A stretch of 64,000 bases of DNA from Octopus sinensis (GCF_006345805.1 NC_043001.1:128960001-129024000); one strand, 5' to 3'. Counted from the first letter of the stretch, positions 24,683-38,319 are shown. Notes: generated by a model not told the origin, from the sequence alone. Translations and numbers: made by a program.

Positions 24683-25089
24683 TATATATACGCACAATAT
24701 ATATGTATGCGTGTATATATATATGTAAATACAAACATATATATATATGTATTTGTGTATATATACACATACACACACATTCACACATATATATTAATAT
24801 ACTTATATGTAAACACACATGCATACTCACACACACACGGATACATACATACATATACAATATACACATTCAAAACAGATGGAAATTTCTTATACTGAAG
24901 TGAGAATGAAAGCATTTGGATTTCTTTGATAGAACAGTGTATATCTTTATCATAAACGGCTCTCCAGTGTTCTGGCGTTAAAGCTCATTATTTCAAGAGA
25001 ACATTCCAGAAAAGAAAAAGCAAAAAAAAAAAATAAACAAACAGAAAGAGAGATGAAACCTTAAACCACACTTTAGTATATTTACTCAC

Positions 25090-25200
25090 CTCTTTTTGCA
25101 TTGCATAGCTTTGCATTATGTTGCATCGGTTTAGTTGCAACACCTGCATTAGCATGTATAACTCTTAGATCTACACTGAGTTTCAACTTTGCACAATTAT
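25090..25200 (-). CDS. Candidate 111-nt symmetric (phase 1-1) internal exon of an unidentified gene
   Basis: Acceptor (T)n-GCTTGATTAACAG| and donor AG|GTGAGT. Only one frame is open: NCAKLKLSVDLRVIHANAGVATKPMQHNAKLCNAKR. Unique sequence; no protein family recognised. Confidence 0.5.
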
Positions 25201-25728
25201 CTGTTAATCAAGCAAAAAAAAAAAAAAAAAAAGGAAAAATCCCTGCAAATCTCTACGAAAGCAAAACAAGATAAAAATGCTCTTGCACATGTGTGCATGT
25301 GTGGTGTGTGTGTGTGTGTGTGAGGAGGTGCACTCAGACTTGTCAAATGTATGTATGCCATTGCTAACAGCTCTGGAAACAGCTGGAGTTTAAATGTTGA
25401 GAATACTGTATGTAAAAAAACCCCCCGTGTTTGTGTACGTGCTGTTCTATGTATGTCTGTGTTTGTGTATCATTATTTATATATGTATGTATAAATAGAT
25501 ATACATGTATATATCTATATATACATGTATATATAGATATATGTATATGTATATATTTATATGTACATACATACATACACACACACACATGCACGCACAC
25601 ACACAAACACACACAATATAAATGCATGTATACTTTGCAGAAGTGTGCAGTCATGTGTTTATAGGTGCAAGTATGCGTATGTTTCAATATATCTATGTAA
25701 ATCCATGTATCTGATTTCAAATTCAGAT

Positions 25729-25762
<34 letters not shown>

Positions 25763-25819
25763 GCAAACAACAGAAAACATGCTGTCTGCAGCAGCTAGCA
25801 TTATGGAGTGAAACAACCA

Positions 25820-26300
25820 CGACGATGAATACCACTACCATCACCAGCAATTTCACCGCCAGTACCAGCATTACCAGCACCATCACCACCACCATCATCA
25901 CCAGCATCCTCACCAGCACTGCTACCACCATCACCTCCACCACCACTACCAGCACCAGGAACATCACCACCACCAGCACCAGCATGACCAGCACCATCAC
26001 CACCACCACCACCTCCGTCATCAGCACCATCATCACCACCACTACCATAACCAGCACCATCATCACCACCACCACCATCACCAGAACCATCACCACCACC
26101 ACCATCACCAGCACCATCATCACCACCACCACCACCATCACCACCACGTCTACCATCACCAGCACCATCATCACCAGCACCATCACCAGCACCATCATCA
26201 CCACCACCACCACCACCACCACCACCACCACTAGCACCGTCATCACCACCACCATCGCAGCACCTCCTCCTCCACCACCACCACCACCACCACCACTGCT
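25820..26300. repeat. (CAC/CAT/CAG)n trinucleotide mosaic
   Basis: Directly visible; gives the poly-Thr and poly-Val ORFs. Confidence 0.9.
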
Positions 26301-26917
26301 GCCATCATCACCAGTGACATCAGCACAATTACAGTGGAGGTGCAAGGTGATGTGAATGGAGGGCATTGCTCAATTAACAAGGTAGGAATTATACAAACAT
26401 CGTAAGATAATCCACCTCCACTCTCTTGCACACCACACTGCAGAGTCTGCGGAAAAACGGTTTATTTGATGCTGTCTTTCTTTTCAAAATCGGTTTCATG
26501 TGAAGAAAGCATCATTCCCTGCAACATATCCCCTTTTACACTTAGTTTCCTTCCTTCTTTCTGAACTCCGAACTCCAACCACTGAATGCCAAACACTTAG
26601 GTTGGTTTGATAATCAAATGATTTTAGTAAGTAAACTATCACATCTGCGAAGGTGATGAAAGATGGACAAAAAGAATCACATATACTCAATCACAAACAT
26701 GCACAAAAGTGCTTACATTTAAAGGGAACAAGAATTGTATGCAACAAAAAAAAAAAACAAAAAAAACAAAAAAAAAAGGGAAGAAAAAGTCTTTAGTCTT
26801 CGGACGTCTAACATGTTGACCAATCTGGAAGAACATGAAATGCAATTTATTCTCCATTGCCCGAAAGACACTCCCCTACCCATACAGCACTCCACGAGAT
26901 GTACACACACTCTCAAA

Positions 26918-26938
26918 CCCAAACCCAAACCCAAACCC
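26918..26938 (-). other. Canonical G-quadruplex motif (GGGTTT)3GGG
   Basis: Four CCC runs on the plus strand at 26918-20, 26924-26, 26930-32 and 26936-38, separated by AAA. Confidence 0.6.
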
Positions 26939-27505
26939 ATTCTTGCACGTGGCGCATCAACCACCGACCACAATCTGAGGTTCAGTGATGCGGAAGGCAA
27001 AACATGGCCAGTTCAGATGTGTTATTTTTCTGTGTTTGTTTTCGGTATGTTATTTATTCAAACTTAGAAGAAGATGGTCCTGTAAACGCACACGCATACA
27101 CACACAAGCAAACACACACATACACACAAAAATCTAAAGTTACACCCACAGGAAACACATATACACAAACACAAGAGAACACGTATGAATAGAAATATCT
27201 ATGTGTATGTATGTAGATATGTGTACGTATGTATGTATGAATTATGTATGTATGTATGTATGTATGTATGTATGAATATGTATGTATTTATATATGTATG
27301 TAAGTATGTATGTATGTATGTGTGTGTGTGTGTGAGTGTTTGTGTATGTATGTAAGTATGTATGTATGTATGTATGTATGTATGTATGTATGTATGTGTG
27401 TATGTTCATATGTACCATTAGCTTTCTCTCTTCAATTTCTTTTCTCATTTTTCACTCCTACACTCCTACACACACACATATATGTATATATATATATGCA
27501 TGTAT

Positions 27506-27695
27506 ATATTTGTGTGTGCTACACTTTATTTATGTATAAATAGTATATATATATACACACATAGTATAAATAGTATATATTTGTGTGTGCTACAATTTAT
27601 ATATGTATAAATAGTATATATATATATATATATATATATACATAGTATAAATAGTATATATTTGTGTGTGCTACACTTTACATATGTGTAAATAG
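27506..27695. repeat. Three ~70-80-bp tandem units built from TA-rich sequence
   Basis: tatatttgtgtgtgctaca...tatgtRtaaatagt recurs at about 27506, 27576 and 27656. Confidence 0.75.
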
Positions 27696-29559
27696 TGTCT
27701 ACTTGTATGAGATTATAAACTGTATGTGTCAAAGAAAAGAAAGTACTTGAAATTGAAACTAACCTGAAGACCTGAGATTTTGTTTGTCTTCTATTCAACT
27801 AAATGCTGCGGTAGTACATTCCCACAAATATGTGCACCTGTGTGTGTGTGTGTGTTAAAATGTAACACACTTACAAAATAGAAGTTTTCAGAACTGGTCA
27901 ATTTTCAGAAATCTACTGTTTCTTTATTTACACTTCCAAACTTCCAACTTTGCAATCTCTATTGCTAGAATCTAATAGACATTCTAACATAGTAAGGAAT
28001 TAAAGTCCTCACTTTGAACCAACAAAGATGTCACATAATGAATATAATACTTGTATATTTAGAATATAGAATATATATATATGTTTTATAGCTGGGTGTT
28101 CTGTCTGATGTTGAACATCCTTTAAGACATACACACATACACACACTCATGTATGAAATAGGAGACTGATATGCCTAGAATATAAGCCTGTGTACATACA
28201 AACATATATACATATATATGTCAAACTGTGTACATTTTCACCCTTGTTTACAAAATAGTTAAAGTTAACACAGTAGAATATATATATTTCTCAATGAAAT
28301 CATAACGATGTAAGAAATTTGAAAAGCTGAACACGAAACCGGTCTTTCTTCAAAAACTATGTCATTGTATGAAAAAAATTTATAACATTCTTCTGACAAT
28401 GACTCAAATATATATTTTTAACCTTTTAAAACAAGCCTTCTGTAGTTTTTTCACTTTTTACTATTTTCTCTCTATATATGTATGTATATATATATATATA
28501 TAATATTAAAGTGTACAGGATTGTATGTCAATTATAGCTGTCAATTATATATTAGTTTCAGAATAGGTATTAAATCAAATGTTGGATAACAGCATAGTTA
28601 CATAATACTTTATGCTCATCAGAGCTGGCAGGCATGGACAACTATGTGGTAACTGCTCTTCATTATTTGAGAAGTGCAAGGCTTATTTGAATAGCAGCAT
28701 GAAGTGCAAGATATGATTAGCTGAAAAAAGAACAATATTAGATTTTCAGGACATTGGGATAAAAAAGCCATCGGTGAACTGGTGAAAGTCATGATAAGGC
28801 CTGTAGATACAATAAAATATATACCTTTTTCTTCATATGGGCAAGGGCTTAAAATCTCACTTCTGCAGTTTGGGTAGATGTCTGAGTGCTGAGAGTAGAG
28901 AGTTTTTAATATGGATCTTTTTTTTCCATACACACCAGCTCTCGTGAGCAAGCAGAATTATGTAACTGTGTTGTTATCTAACATCTGGTTTAATACAGTG
29001 AAAACTGACTGGTAAGATAACTCATAATGGATATATAATACTTTGCTCTTTCATTAATATACCCACTCTTTTGACAAACATAGGAGTGCACATTTATTTT
29101 TGACTACAAGACTTTAGGTGACTACATACATATATCATCATCGTCATCATCGTTTAATGTCTGCCTTCCATGCTATAGTTTAAAGATCCAATAGAGGTAG
29201 AATCGACAATAAAGGTACTCTAACAAGTGTGAGATAAATATCAATTTAAATACACAACCGAAAGAGCTACTAATAGTTTCAAGCTATTACGATACTTGAA
29301 CAGGCATATCTACAAAACATACCATGTATCTTAAAACAATCTTTCAGGTTCTGTTTATGCATTAGCCTGAACGGTTGCTTTAGGATACATGACATGTTTT
29401 TATAAATATGCATCTTCAAGTATCATAATAGCATGAAACTATTAGTAGCTCTTTCAGTTGTGTATTTAAATTGATATACATATATATAAATAAATAAATA
29501 AAACATATGCATATATACATACATATATGTACGTACCTACCTCTACATGTATATATACA

Positions 29560-29745
29560 GCATATATATGGGTACAGGAAACCAAAAAAACGTCGACACA
29601 ATGAGAAACGAAAACATACACAAAACCGAGGAAATGGACATTCTTTTAAACAACGAAAAAATAGAGTACAGACATACAAACAAGGAAAATTCCCCTTCTT
29701 CAGTCGCCTTAATTTCATCTACTCACGTTTCAAGTAAGATTGTTC
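29560..29745 (-). repeat. Penelope pLTR-like fragment (related to 40821-41000)
   Basis: Reverse complement ttgaaaacgtgagtaga...ctgaagaagggg + T-rich tail parallels ttgaaatacggagtaga...ctgatgaaggg at ~40832-40863. The PLE assignment is inference. Confidence 0.4.
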
Positions 29746-29761
29746 TTAATACATATATATA

Positions 29762-29823
<62 letters not shown>

Positions 29824-30244
29824 GATATATGTATATCAGCATCATCAACGTTTCAATGTCCACTTTTCATGCTTGCATGGGTTAGACAGAATTTGTTGAA
29901 GGGTACCTATCCAGCTAGATACCCTTTTTGTTGTGAAGCCTCGCCTGTTTACAAGTAATGCAATATATCTTCATAATCAGACATGTTTACACAAAAGCTT
30001 AGAAATGAATGACACCGCTTACATGACAGGGACACCCATTTACAACTACCATGCAATACCAGAACAAGGAGACAGTAACACACAAATACATACACACACA
30101 CACATACAGACACACATATGAACACACACATGCACACACAGACTACCAAATCTGCTCACAGAACTTTGGTTAGCCCGGGGCTATAGTTGAAGATACTGAA
30201 CTTTAAACCATGTGGCTAGGAAGCAAATTTCTTAACACACAGCA

Positions 30245-30975
30245 ACAACAACAATGGTGAAGACGAAGAAGAAGAAGAAGAAGAAAAAGAAGAAGAAGAA
30301 GAAGAAGAAGAAGAAGAAGGAGAGGAGGAGAAGAAGAAGAAGAAGAAGAAGAAAAAGAAGAAGAAAAAGAAGAAGAAGAAGAAGAAGAAGGAGGAGGAGG
30401 AGAAGAAGAAGAAGAAGAAAAAGAAGAAGAAAATGAAGAAAAGAAGAAGAAAAAGAAGAAAAAGAAGAGAAGAAGTGGAAGAAGAAGAAAGAAGAAGGAG
30501 AAGAAGGAGGAAGGAGAAGAGAGAAGAAGAACAAGACAACGAAGAAGAGAAGAAGAAGGAGGAGAAGAAGAAGAAGAAGAGAAGAAGAAGAAGAAGAAAA
30601 GAAGGAGAAGAAGAAGAAGAAGAGAAGAGTAAGACAAAAGAAGATGAAAGACAAAAGAAGACGAAGAAGAAGAAGAAGAAGAAGAAGACAGAGAAGAAAA
30701 GAAGGAAAAAGAAGAAGAAGAAAATGAAGAAGAAGAAGGAGAAGAAAAAGAAGAACAAGAAGAAGAATGGAGAAGCAGGAAAGAATAAGAAGACTGAAGA
30801 AGAAGGAGAAGGAGAGAAAGAAGAAGGAGAAGACAAAAGAAGACGAAGAAGAAGAAGAAGGAAAGAAGAAGAAAAGAAGAAGAGAAGAAGAGAAGAAGAA
30901 GAAGAAAAAGAAGGAGAAGAAGAAGAAGACAAAAGAAGAAGAAGAAGAAGAAGAAGAAGAAGAAGAAGAAGAAGA
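30245..30975. repeat. ~730-bp degenerate (GAA)n purine tract
   Basis: Directly visible; only scattered C/T interruptions. Confidence 0.95.
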
Positions 30976-32067
30976 GGTGGAGGAGGAGATGAGCTTGGAA
31001 GCATTTTTACTTATAATGCTTATAGGTTCCTTATAAGAATCCTGTCTGATACTATTATATTCATATCCATTATAATAAGACAGTCGATGATGATTGGCGA
31101 TCAAGAGATCAAACCTATCAAAACAAGAGTTGATGTAGATATTAAAGCATTTATCACCTCTAATGAGGAGTTTAATAGGGCGAAAAATTATTGCATTAAC
31201 AGTGATATTTCTTAGAGATTTAGACATTTAAAAATACCCCCACAAAAAAAAAAGAGAGATTATAGGAAGATGAAATAAAAAAAAGACTGTATGAAGATAA
31301 AGAGGAAAAAGAAAAAATGAAGTTGAGAGAGAGAGGGAGAGAATGTGGGTGGAGAAAGGAGGCAGAAGGATATAAAGGAAATTAATGATAAGTAAATGAC
31401 AGTAAGATGTATTTTGTGGCAACGATCTATTAACAAAGAGACCAGACAATGTTATTGATGACTGGCATGACGGCTGTGAATTGTTTGAGTGCAATCAATG
31501 GGTTTAATGGTCAGTGGCTTTCTGGCAAATGTCAGAGAGAGAGATAGAGAGAGATAAAGAGAGAGAGAGAGGGAGAGAGAAAGAGAAAAAATGAAAATAA
31601 AAACAAGGCAAGAACTAATGGTGACAATATGAGGACAAATGAGGGAAATGGTGACAAGAAAAACAAAATGGTGGTGATAAGAAAGAAAGAAAGCAAGAAA
31701 TAATGAAACATAAAGGTGGGGGGAGGGAGGAAAAAATTGTTGGTGACAATTAGAGGAGAAAATAAATGGTGCAGTGTTGAAGAGAAAAAGGAAGAAAAAT
31801 TTCATACACATACACACATATTTATATATGTCATTTTTTCTCCCTTTAAATGCATGTGTGTGTGTGTATGTATATATATACCAGAGTAAGCATTAAAATG
31901 TGAAACAAGTTGGAAAAAAATAGTACTCAAATACCAGAGGTAGAGTAATATACTTTATTAAAAAGCAGCAAAAATATCACAAAAACTGTTACTCTGAGTA
32001 ACAGTTTTTGTGATATTTTTGCTGCTTTTTAATAAAGTATATATATATATATAAATATATATATATT

Positions 32068-32475
32068 TCTTTCTTTTCTTTCTTTTACTTGTTTCAGTCA
32101 TTTGACTGCGGCCATGCTGGAGCACCGCCTTTAGTCGAGCAAATCGACCCCGGGACTTATTCTTTTGTAAGCCCAGTACTTATTCTATCGGTCTCTTTTG
32201 CCTAACCGCTAAGTGACGGGGACGTAAACACACCAGCATCGGTTGTCAAGCAATGCTAGGGGGACAAACACACAAACACACACACATATATATATATATA
32301 TATACATATATACGACAGGCTTCTTTCAGTTTCCGTCTACCAAATTCACTCACAAGGCATTGGTCGGCCCGGGGCTATAGCAGAAGACACTTGCCCAAGA
32401 TGCCACGCAGTGGGACTGAATCCGGAACCATGTGGTTGGTAAGCAGGCTACTTACCACACAGCCACTCCTGCGCC

Positions 32476-32477
<2 letters not shown>
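32068..32477 (-). mobile_element. SINE family B, full length, young
   Basis: Head ATAGGCGCAGGAGTGGCTGTGTGGTAAG with B-box-like GATTCAGTCCC, central (TA)/(TG) tract and gaaacaagtaaaag tail; CpGs retained. Confidence 0.93.
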
Positions 32478-32506
<29 letters not shown>

Positions 32507-33070
32507 TATATATATGTTCGTAAACCTACAGTCACTAACAACATGCTGTATATACATACACACACACACACACACATGTATGTATATAAGCACATATATG
32601 ATGAAAGATGTTTCAATATACAAAAATGCTGTCTCAGCTTTTTGTATATCAAAATCTTCAATCATGCCATGTCACTTCTGGTTCACTTTTCATTACATGG
32701 CACTTTGGGCAAGTGTCTTCTTTCTCTAGTCCCGCTGTGCAAGTAAATGTCTTATGCCTATAGTCCTGGGCATGTATCTTCTATCTAACCTTGTGAGAGG
32801 ATTTGGTTGATGAAAAGTGAAAGAAACCATTGTATGAAAATGTTTGTGTCTTCCGGTCTTCACACTGTGCCATGGTTGCAGATGGCAAAGGAATTTATTC
32901 CACAGCTGGGTATTTTTGAATTACTTAAGCTCCCTGATAACCAACACAGATTATTACCACATTTTTATGGATACAACTGTTTATTTTACATATATTTTTA
33001 GTGGATTTCTGCTAAAAAAAAAAAATAGATAGGATTACTTGAATTTGTTTTATTAAACCAAACGTAGACT

Positions 33071-33572
33071 GATGAATGGTAAAATCAAATCTGTAGTGAT
33101 GAATGTCAAATTTAAGCTTAGCATGATGAATGACAAAGTTGTTCCTAGAATGAGGAATAGCAAAGTCGAGCCTAGATTGATCAATGATAAATTTGAGCTT
33201 GATGAGATGAATAGAAATAATGAGTCTGGAATGAAGATCAGTAATGTTGTACCTGGAAGGATGAATGGTAAAGATGAGCCTTGAGGGATGAATAGTAAAA
33301 TTAAAGCTGAAGGGATGAATGGTAACTCTGAGTTAGGAGAGATGAATGGTAAAGTTGAGCCAAGAATGACAAATGGTAAATTCAAGCCTAGAGGGATGAA
33401 TAAGTAAAGTTAGACCTAGAATGATCAAAGTTTTGCAGGATGAATGGAAAGTTAAGTCTGGAATGAAGATTAGTAATATTGAGCCTGGAGTAAAGAATGG
33501 TAAAACTGCGCATTGAGAAATGAATGGTAAAGATGAGCTCAGAGCCATGAATGGCATGTTGAGCTTGAGGTG
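33071..33572. repeat. 27-bp degenerate minisatellite, ~19 units
   Basis: Consensus about GATGAATGGTAAAGTTGAGCCTAGARK. The first 12 units (33071-33394) are each exactly 27 bp; units 13-15 carry indels. Confidence 0.9.
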
Positions 33573-34201
33573 ATCTGTACTCAGAATTTGAAAGAACAAA
33601 ACTAAGGTATTTAATTCTATGGCAATTGTTAAAAGAGAGAAATATGAATGACTGAAAGGTAAGCATATGCATGTTAAACTCTTTATAATATACCTTTGGT
33701 GGTGTATAACCCCCACCACTTTAGATTATGGTTTAAGTAATTTTTGTGTAATGAATTTTAAGTGTGATGTCTTTTAATACTTGTGAGACAAAAACTATTC
33801 AGTATGTTTGCACAAAATTTTCGTCACATATTAAAACAAGTTGTCTATTCTGGAATAGGCTGCACAGTGAAAGAGTTAATTGACATCATCATTTTAATGT
33901 CCACTTTTCCATGCTGGCATGGGTTGGACGGAATTTATTGAGGCACATTTTCTATGGCTGGACAGCCTTCCAGTTGCCAAGTATCACTTTTTTCCAAGTA
34001 TAGTAATATTCCCCTTGACCAGATATTGCTTTCATAGGAGACAGGAAATGAAGGATATGGCTTGCTTGACATATGTCTATGTCTACAACTATCACATAAA
34101 GTCAGGGTAAGGACACAGTAACACTAACATATACATACATACATACATACATACATGCATACATACACACACACACACACATATATGTATGTATGTACGT
34201 C

Positions 34202-34249
<48 letters not shown>

Positions 34250-34439
34250 TAAGAGACACCATGATAGATTGTTAGCCACTACATACATTTTTTTCTCTCC
34301 TTGTTTTCTGTGTCCCTTTCTGTAGAAGAGTGTGGGCTCGAAACATAAAAGACTTTTTCTATTCTTGAGCGTTATACTAATACATCTGTTTGTTTTGTAC
34401 ACCACCTGTCTTTGTCTTTTGTTTTTTTTTGTAAACTCT

Positions 34440-34487
<48 letters not shown>

Positions 34488-34537
34488 CATATATGTGTGT
34501 GTGTATATATATGTATGTACGTATGTATGTATGTATG

Positions 34538-34576
<39 letters not shown>

Positions 34577-34654
34577 TTCACAACAGAAGTGTTAAGTCCC
34601 GCATCTCCTGGTGAAAAGGATTGGCCTGCAAGAGTCTTGTGCTGGTACCTTGAA

Positions 34655-35033
34655 GAAGCACTTGTGCTGGTGCCATGTCAAAAGCTCTTAGTACACATTG
34701 TAAAGTGTTAGGAAGGCATCCTGCCATAGGAACCAAGCCAAATCAGACTGGAACCTGGTAAAGCTCTCCGACTCGTAACCTCTGGTCAAACCACCCATCC
34801 CATGCCAGCTCGGAAAACAGACGATAAAGAATGATGATAATAATGATGATGATGATCATCATCATCGTTTAGCGTCCGCTTTCTATGCTGGCATGGGTTG
34901 GACGGTGCAACTGGGGTCTGGGAAGCCAGAAGGCAGCACCAAGCCCAGTCTGATCTGGCAATGTTTCTACGGCTGGATGCCCTTCCTAACGCCAACCACT
35001 CCATGAGTGTAGTGGGTGCTTTTTACGTGCCAC
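34655..35033. mobile_element. Tail-to-tail inverted pair of family C SINEs
   Basis: Plus copy ~34655-34856 and minus copy ~34855-35033 meet at (GAT)n(CAT)n. The minus copy is fused through gtgccac to a family B head fragment (~35027-35105). Confidence 0.8.
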
Positions 35034-35469
35034 GTAGTGGGATTGAACCAGAGATCATATGGTTGGGGAGTATACTTCTTAACCACACAACCATACCTGC
35101 ACCTGATGCTTAAGTTATATACCCCGAAACAAGATTTGAACACAGCAGTGCAAGGTATTTAGATTGCTGTTGTGTGTATGTCTTCCAAAAAATTCACACA
35201 TAGCCAAAATAAATTAATGAATAAATACACTATAAATAAAACATTAATTAGTCCAAAAAGAAAAAATATCAAAAAATTTCTTACATTCAGATAAACAATA
35301 GATGAGGACAACAACAACAACAACAACGATAACAAAATACTCCTGATCTGTTTTAGGCTTGAAATTATGAAATTAGTAATTTTCTGAGTAGATACAGTAT
35401 GTGTGTGTGGGAGGTCTGTATATGTGTGTATGTATGAGTGCGTGCATGTATGTATATATGTGAGTCTGT

Positions 35470-35706
35470 GTATGTACGTATATATGTATGTATTCACATA
35501 TGTATGTATATGTATGTATGCAAGTATATATGTATGTATTCACATATGTATGTATATGTATGTATGCACGTATATATGTATGTATTCACATATATATGTA
35601 TATGTATGTATGTACGTATATATGTATGTATTCACATATGTATGTATATGTATGTATGTACGTATATATGTATGTATTCACATATGTATGTATATGTATG
35701 TATGTA
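35470..35706. repeat. 46-bp minisatellite x5 derived from (TATG)n
   Basis: Marker attcac at 35492, 35538, 35584, 35630 and 35676 (period 46). Confidence 0.9.
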
Positions 35707-36087
35707 CATGTGTGTGTATGTATTGATGTATGATGTATCTACGAATAATATATGTGTATATGTATATCTATACGATATATGTATATTTATATGCAAGGGG
35801 ATTTTTTTAATATTTTCATGATGACCGTCCCCACATTCCACTGTCCCTCACTTTCAATTGTTTTTTTTTCATATTTACTTGATTTTTATATTTTTTTTTG
35901 TTTCAATCAGTAGTGGTAGTTGTGGTGGCAGTGATGGTGGTGGTAGTGGTGTGTGTGTGTGTGTGTTATATTTTGTTTTTCATTTCATTCATTGACAACA
36001 AACAAAAACTCTAAGAGAAAATAAAGAAAACAACAAACAATACAATCAGACACCAATCTCTCTCTGTCTCTGTCTCTTTCTCTCTCT

Positions 36088-36122
<35 letters not shown>

Positions 36123-36389
36123 GGAATAGAGGCACTGACTATCCATTCACCCCCCCCCACCCCCAGAGTCACCAAAAAAAGAATCAAAGCAAAAACACTT
36201 TGGGAAGGAATTGTTAGGAAGAAGTCAAGTTATATTTCAAAAGTTCAAGAGATACTCAGCCCAACACTCACATCACCCCTACACATGCCCAGAAACATAG
36301 ACACACACACAGTTTACCACTCTAGCTCTCTCCCTCTTCTCTCTCTCTTACTAAGATGGGGAATGGAAAAGAGAGTGTATGTGTGTGAG

Positions 36390-36394
36390 TGTAG

Positions 36395-36463
<69 letters not shown>

Positions 36464-37291
36464 GGGGATATATTGAATGACAGAAAGCAAGAGGATATAT
36501 TGAGGGAGAGAGAGATGTTGAAGGAGAGGGAAAGGATATATTGAGGGAGTGATGTTGGGGGAGAGGCAGAGGAGATACTACTGAAGGAGGGAGAGGATAT
36601 ATTGAAGAAAAAGAGAGGATATACTGAGAGAGGGAGAGAGAGAGAGAGAGAGAGGATATATTGAGGGAGAGAGAAAAAGGGAAAGGATATTTTGAGGGAG
36701 TGAGAGAGAGAGAAAGAGAGGGAGAGAGGATTATTGAGGGAGAGAGAAGGAGTACACTGAAGGGGAGAAAGAGAGAGAGAGAGGATATTTTGAAAGACAA
36801 AGAAAAAGAGAAGGGTTATTTTAAAGGAAATAGAGGATATACTGAAAGAGAGAGTGAGAGAGAGGATATTTTGAGAGTTAGAGAAAGAGAGAAAGAATAT
36901 TTTGAGGAAGGAGAGAGAGGATATATTGAGGGAGACAAAGAGAGAGGGTATATTGAAGGAGAGAGAGGGATGGAGAGGGAAGATATTTTGAGAGACAGAG
37001 AAAGAGAGAAAGGATAGTTTGAGAGAGAGAGAGAGAGAATATATTGAGGGAGGAAAAGAGAGAGGGTATACTGACAGAGAGAGAGAGGGAGAGGGAGGAT
37101 ATTTTGAGAGACAGTGAAAGAGAGAAAGGATGTTTTGAGGGAGAGAAGGGGGATATTGAAGGAGAGAGAGGATATACAGAGGGAGAGAAAGGGAGGATAA
37201 ATTGTGTGTGAGAGAGAGAAAGAGGATATGTGGAGAAAGAGAGAGAGAGGGGAGATATAGTTAGAGAGAATAGATATATTCAATGGGAGGA

Positions 37292-37300
<9 letters not shown>
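36390..37300. repeat. (GA)n-based degenerate satellite with recurrent GGATATATTGAG motif
   Basis: gagaggatat(a/t)ttga(g/a)g recurs about every 25-45 bp within a purine-rich tract. Confidence 0.8.
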
Positions 37301-37341
<41 letters not shown>

Positions 37342-38319
37342 TAAGAGAGAGAGAGAGGGGGGAGTCAAAACAATATTCAGAGACTGTTACAAATAGTCAA
37401 ATTCTTGTCTTTTCTGTTGTTTTAACAACTAAAATAATAACAATAATGATAATAATAATGCTAATGATGATGATGAATAATTGAAAATAAAATAAAAATA
37501 TAAAAAAAATGCTTTCTTTCATTGTAATATAATGTGGAAATAAAAGAACAAAATGATAAAAACGGCAATAACAATAATGATAATAACAACAACGACACAA
37601 ACAACAACAAAAATAATAAATAATAGGAACCAGAATACATTCTTTAGAAAAAAACAACAACATTATGTCCACGACACTGGTAGGGAAAGTGGTGAGGTGG
37701 GTTGGTAGGTTTGGGTTTTGTCAATGGAACTGGGCAGAAGAATTGCCATCCCAACCCCAAAGACCAAAAATCTTTGAAAAGACTTGAGAAAACAAAAAAA
37801 AAATGTATGTAAATACACGTAAAAAAATGTAAGAGTCTGAAATTAAGTACAATTTTTTGTACATGTTTTTTTTGTTTTGTTTTGTTTGTTTTTGTCTTTT
37901 TTTTTTGCTTAATTAGTCTAGTGACTAGTTTACATACTATGTTTACAATCACAGTACTTAATTAGAGGTAATTATTAGATGTTTTGTTTCATCTTTATTT
38001 TTCTGTGTTTTTTTTTTGTAACCCCCTCCCAATCCTCCCCAGCTTCTAAGCTTTGCATCTTTCGAAGTTTCATAATGATTACGACAATTGTAATGGCATT
38101 GACAATGATAACAAACAATAACAACGACTACGACATCAGCATCAAGTAATGGTAACAATAACAGTTACAACCATGACATCATCAACAAATACGAACAGTA
38201 ACAACAACAACAACAACAACAACAACAGAAGCACAGATTAACAATAACAAATATAATAAAAGCCTCTGTGGGAGACTCTATGAGATAACTTGATCTCTAA
38301 AAATAACAGCGAATTTTCA

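Noticed and set aside
27764-27837. Minus-strand exon candidate with CAG|GTTAGT donor
   Set aside because: All three frames contain stops and the acceptor lies in a (CA)n tract; at most a non-coding exon.
28585-28630. CTGATGA followed by a GCATA/TATGC hairpin on the minus strand
   Set aside because: The hairpin is followed by TGTT rather than GAAA; no helix III or I.
28825-28888. Minus-strand exon candidate HSDIYPNCRSEILSPCPYEEK
   Set aside because: The donor (GTATAT) is weak and there is no homology; chance level for unique AT-rich DNA.
30216-31227. 260-331 aa Lys/Glu/Arg-rich and Phe/Ser/Leu-rich ORFs
   Set aside because: Produced by the (GAA)n tract; the unique tail shows no recognisable homology or splice signals.
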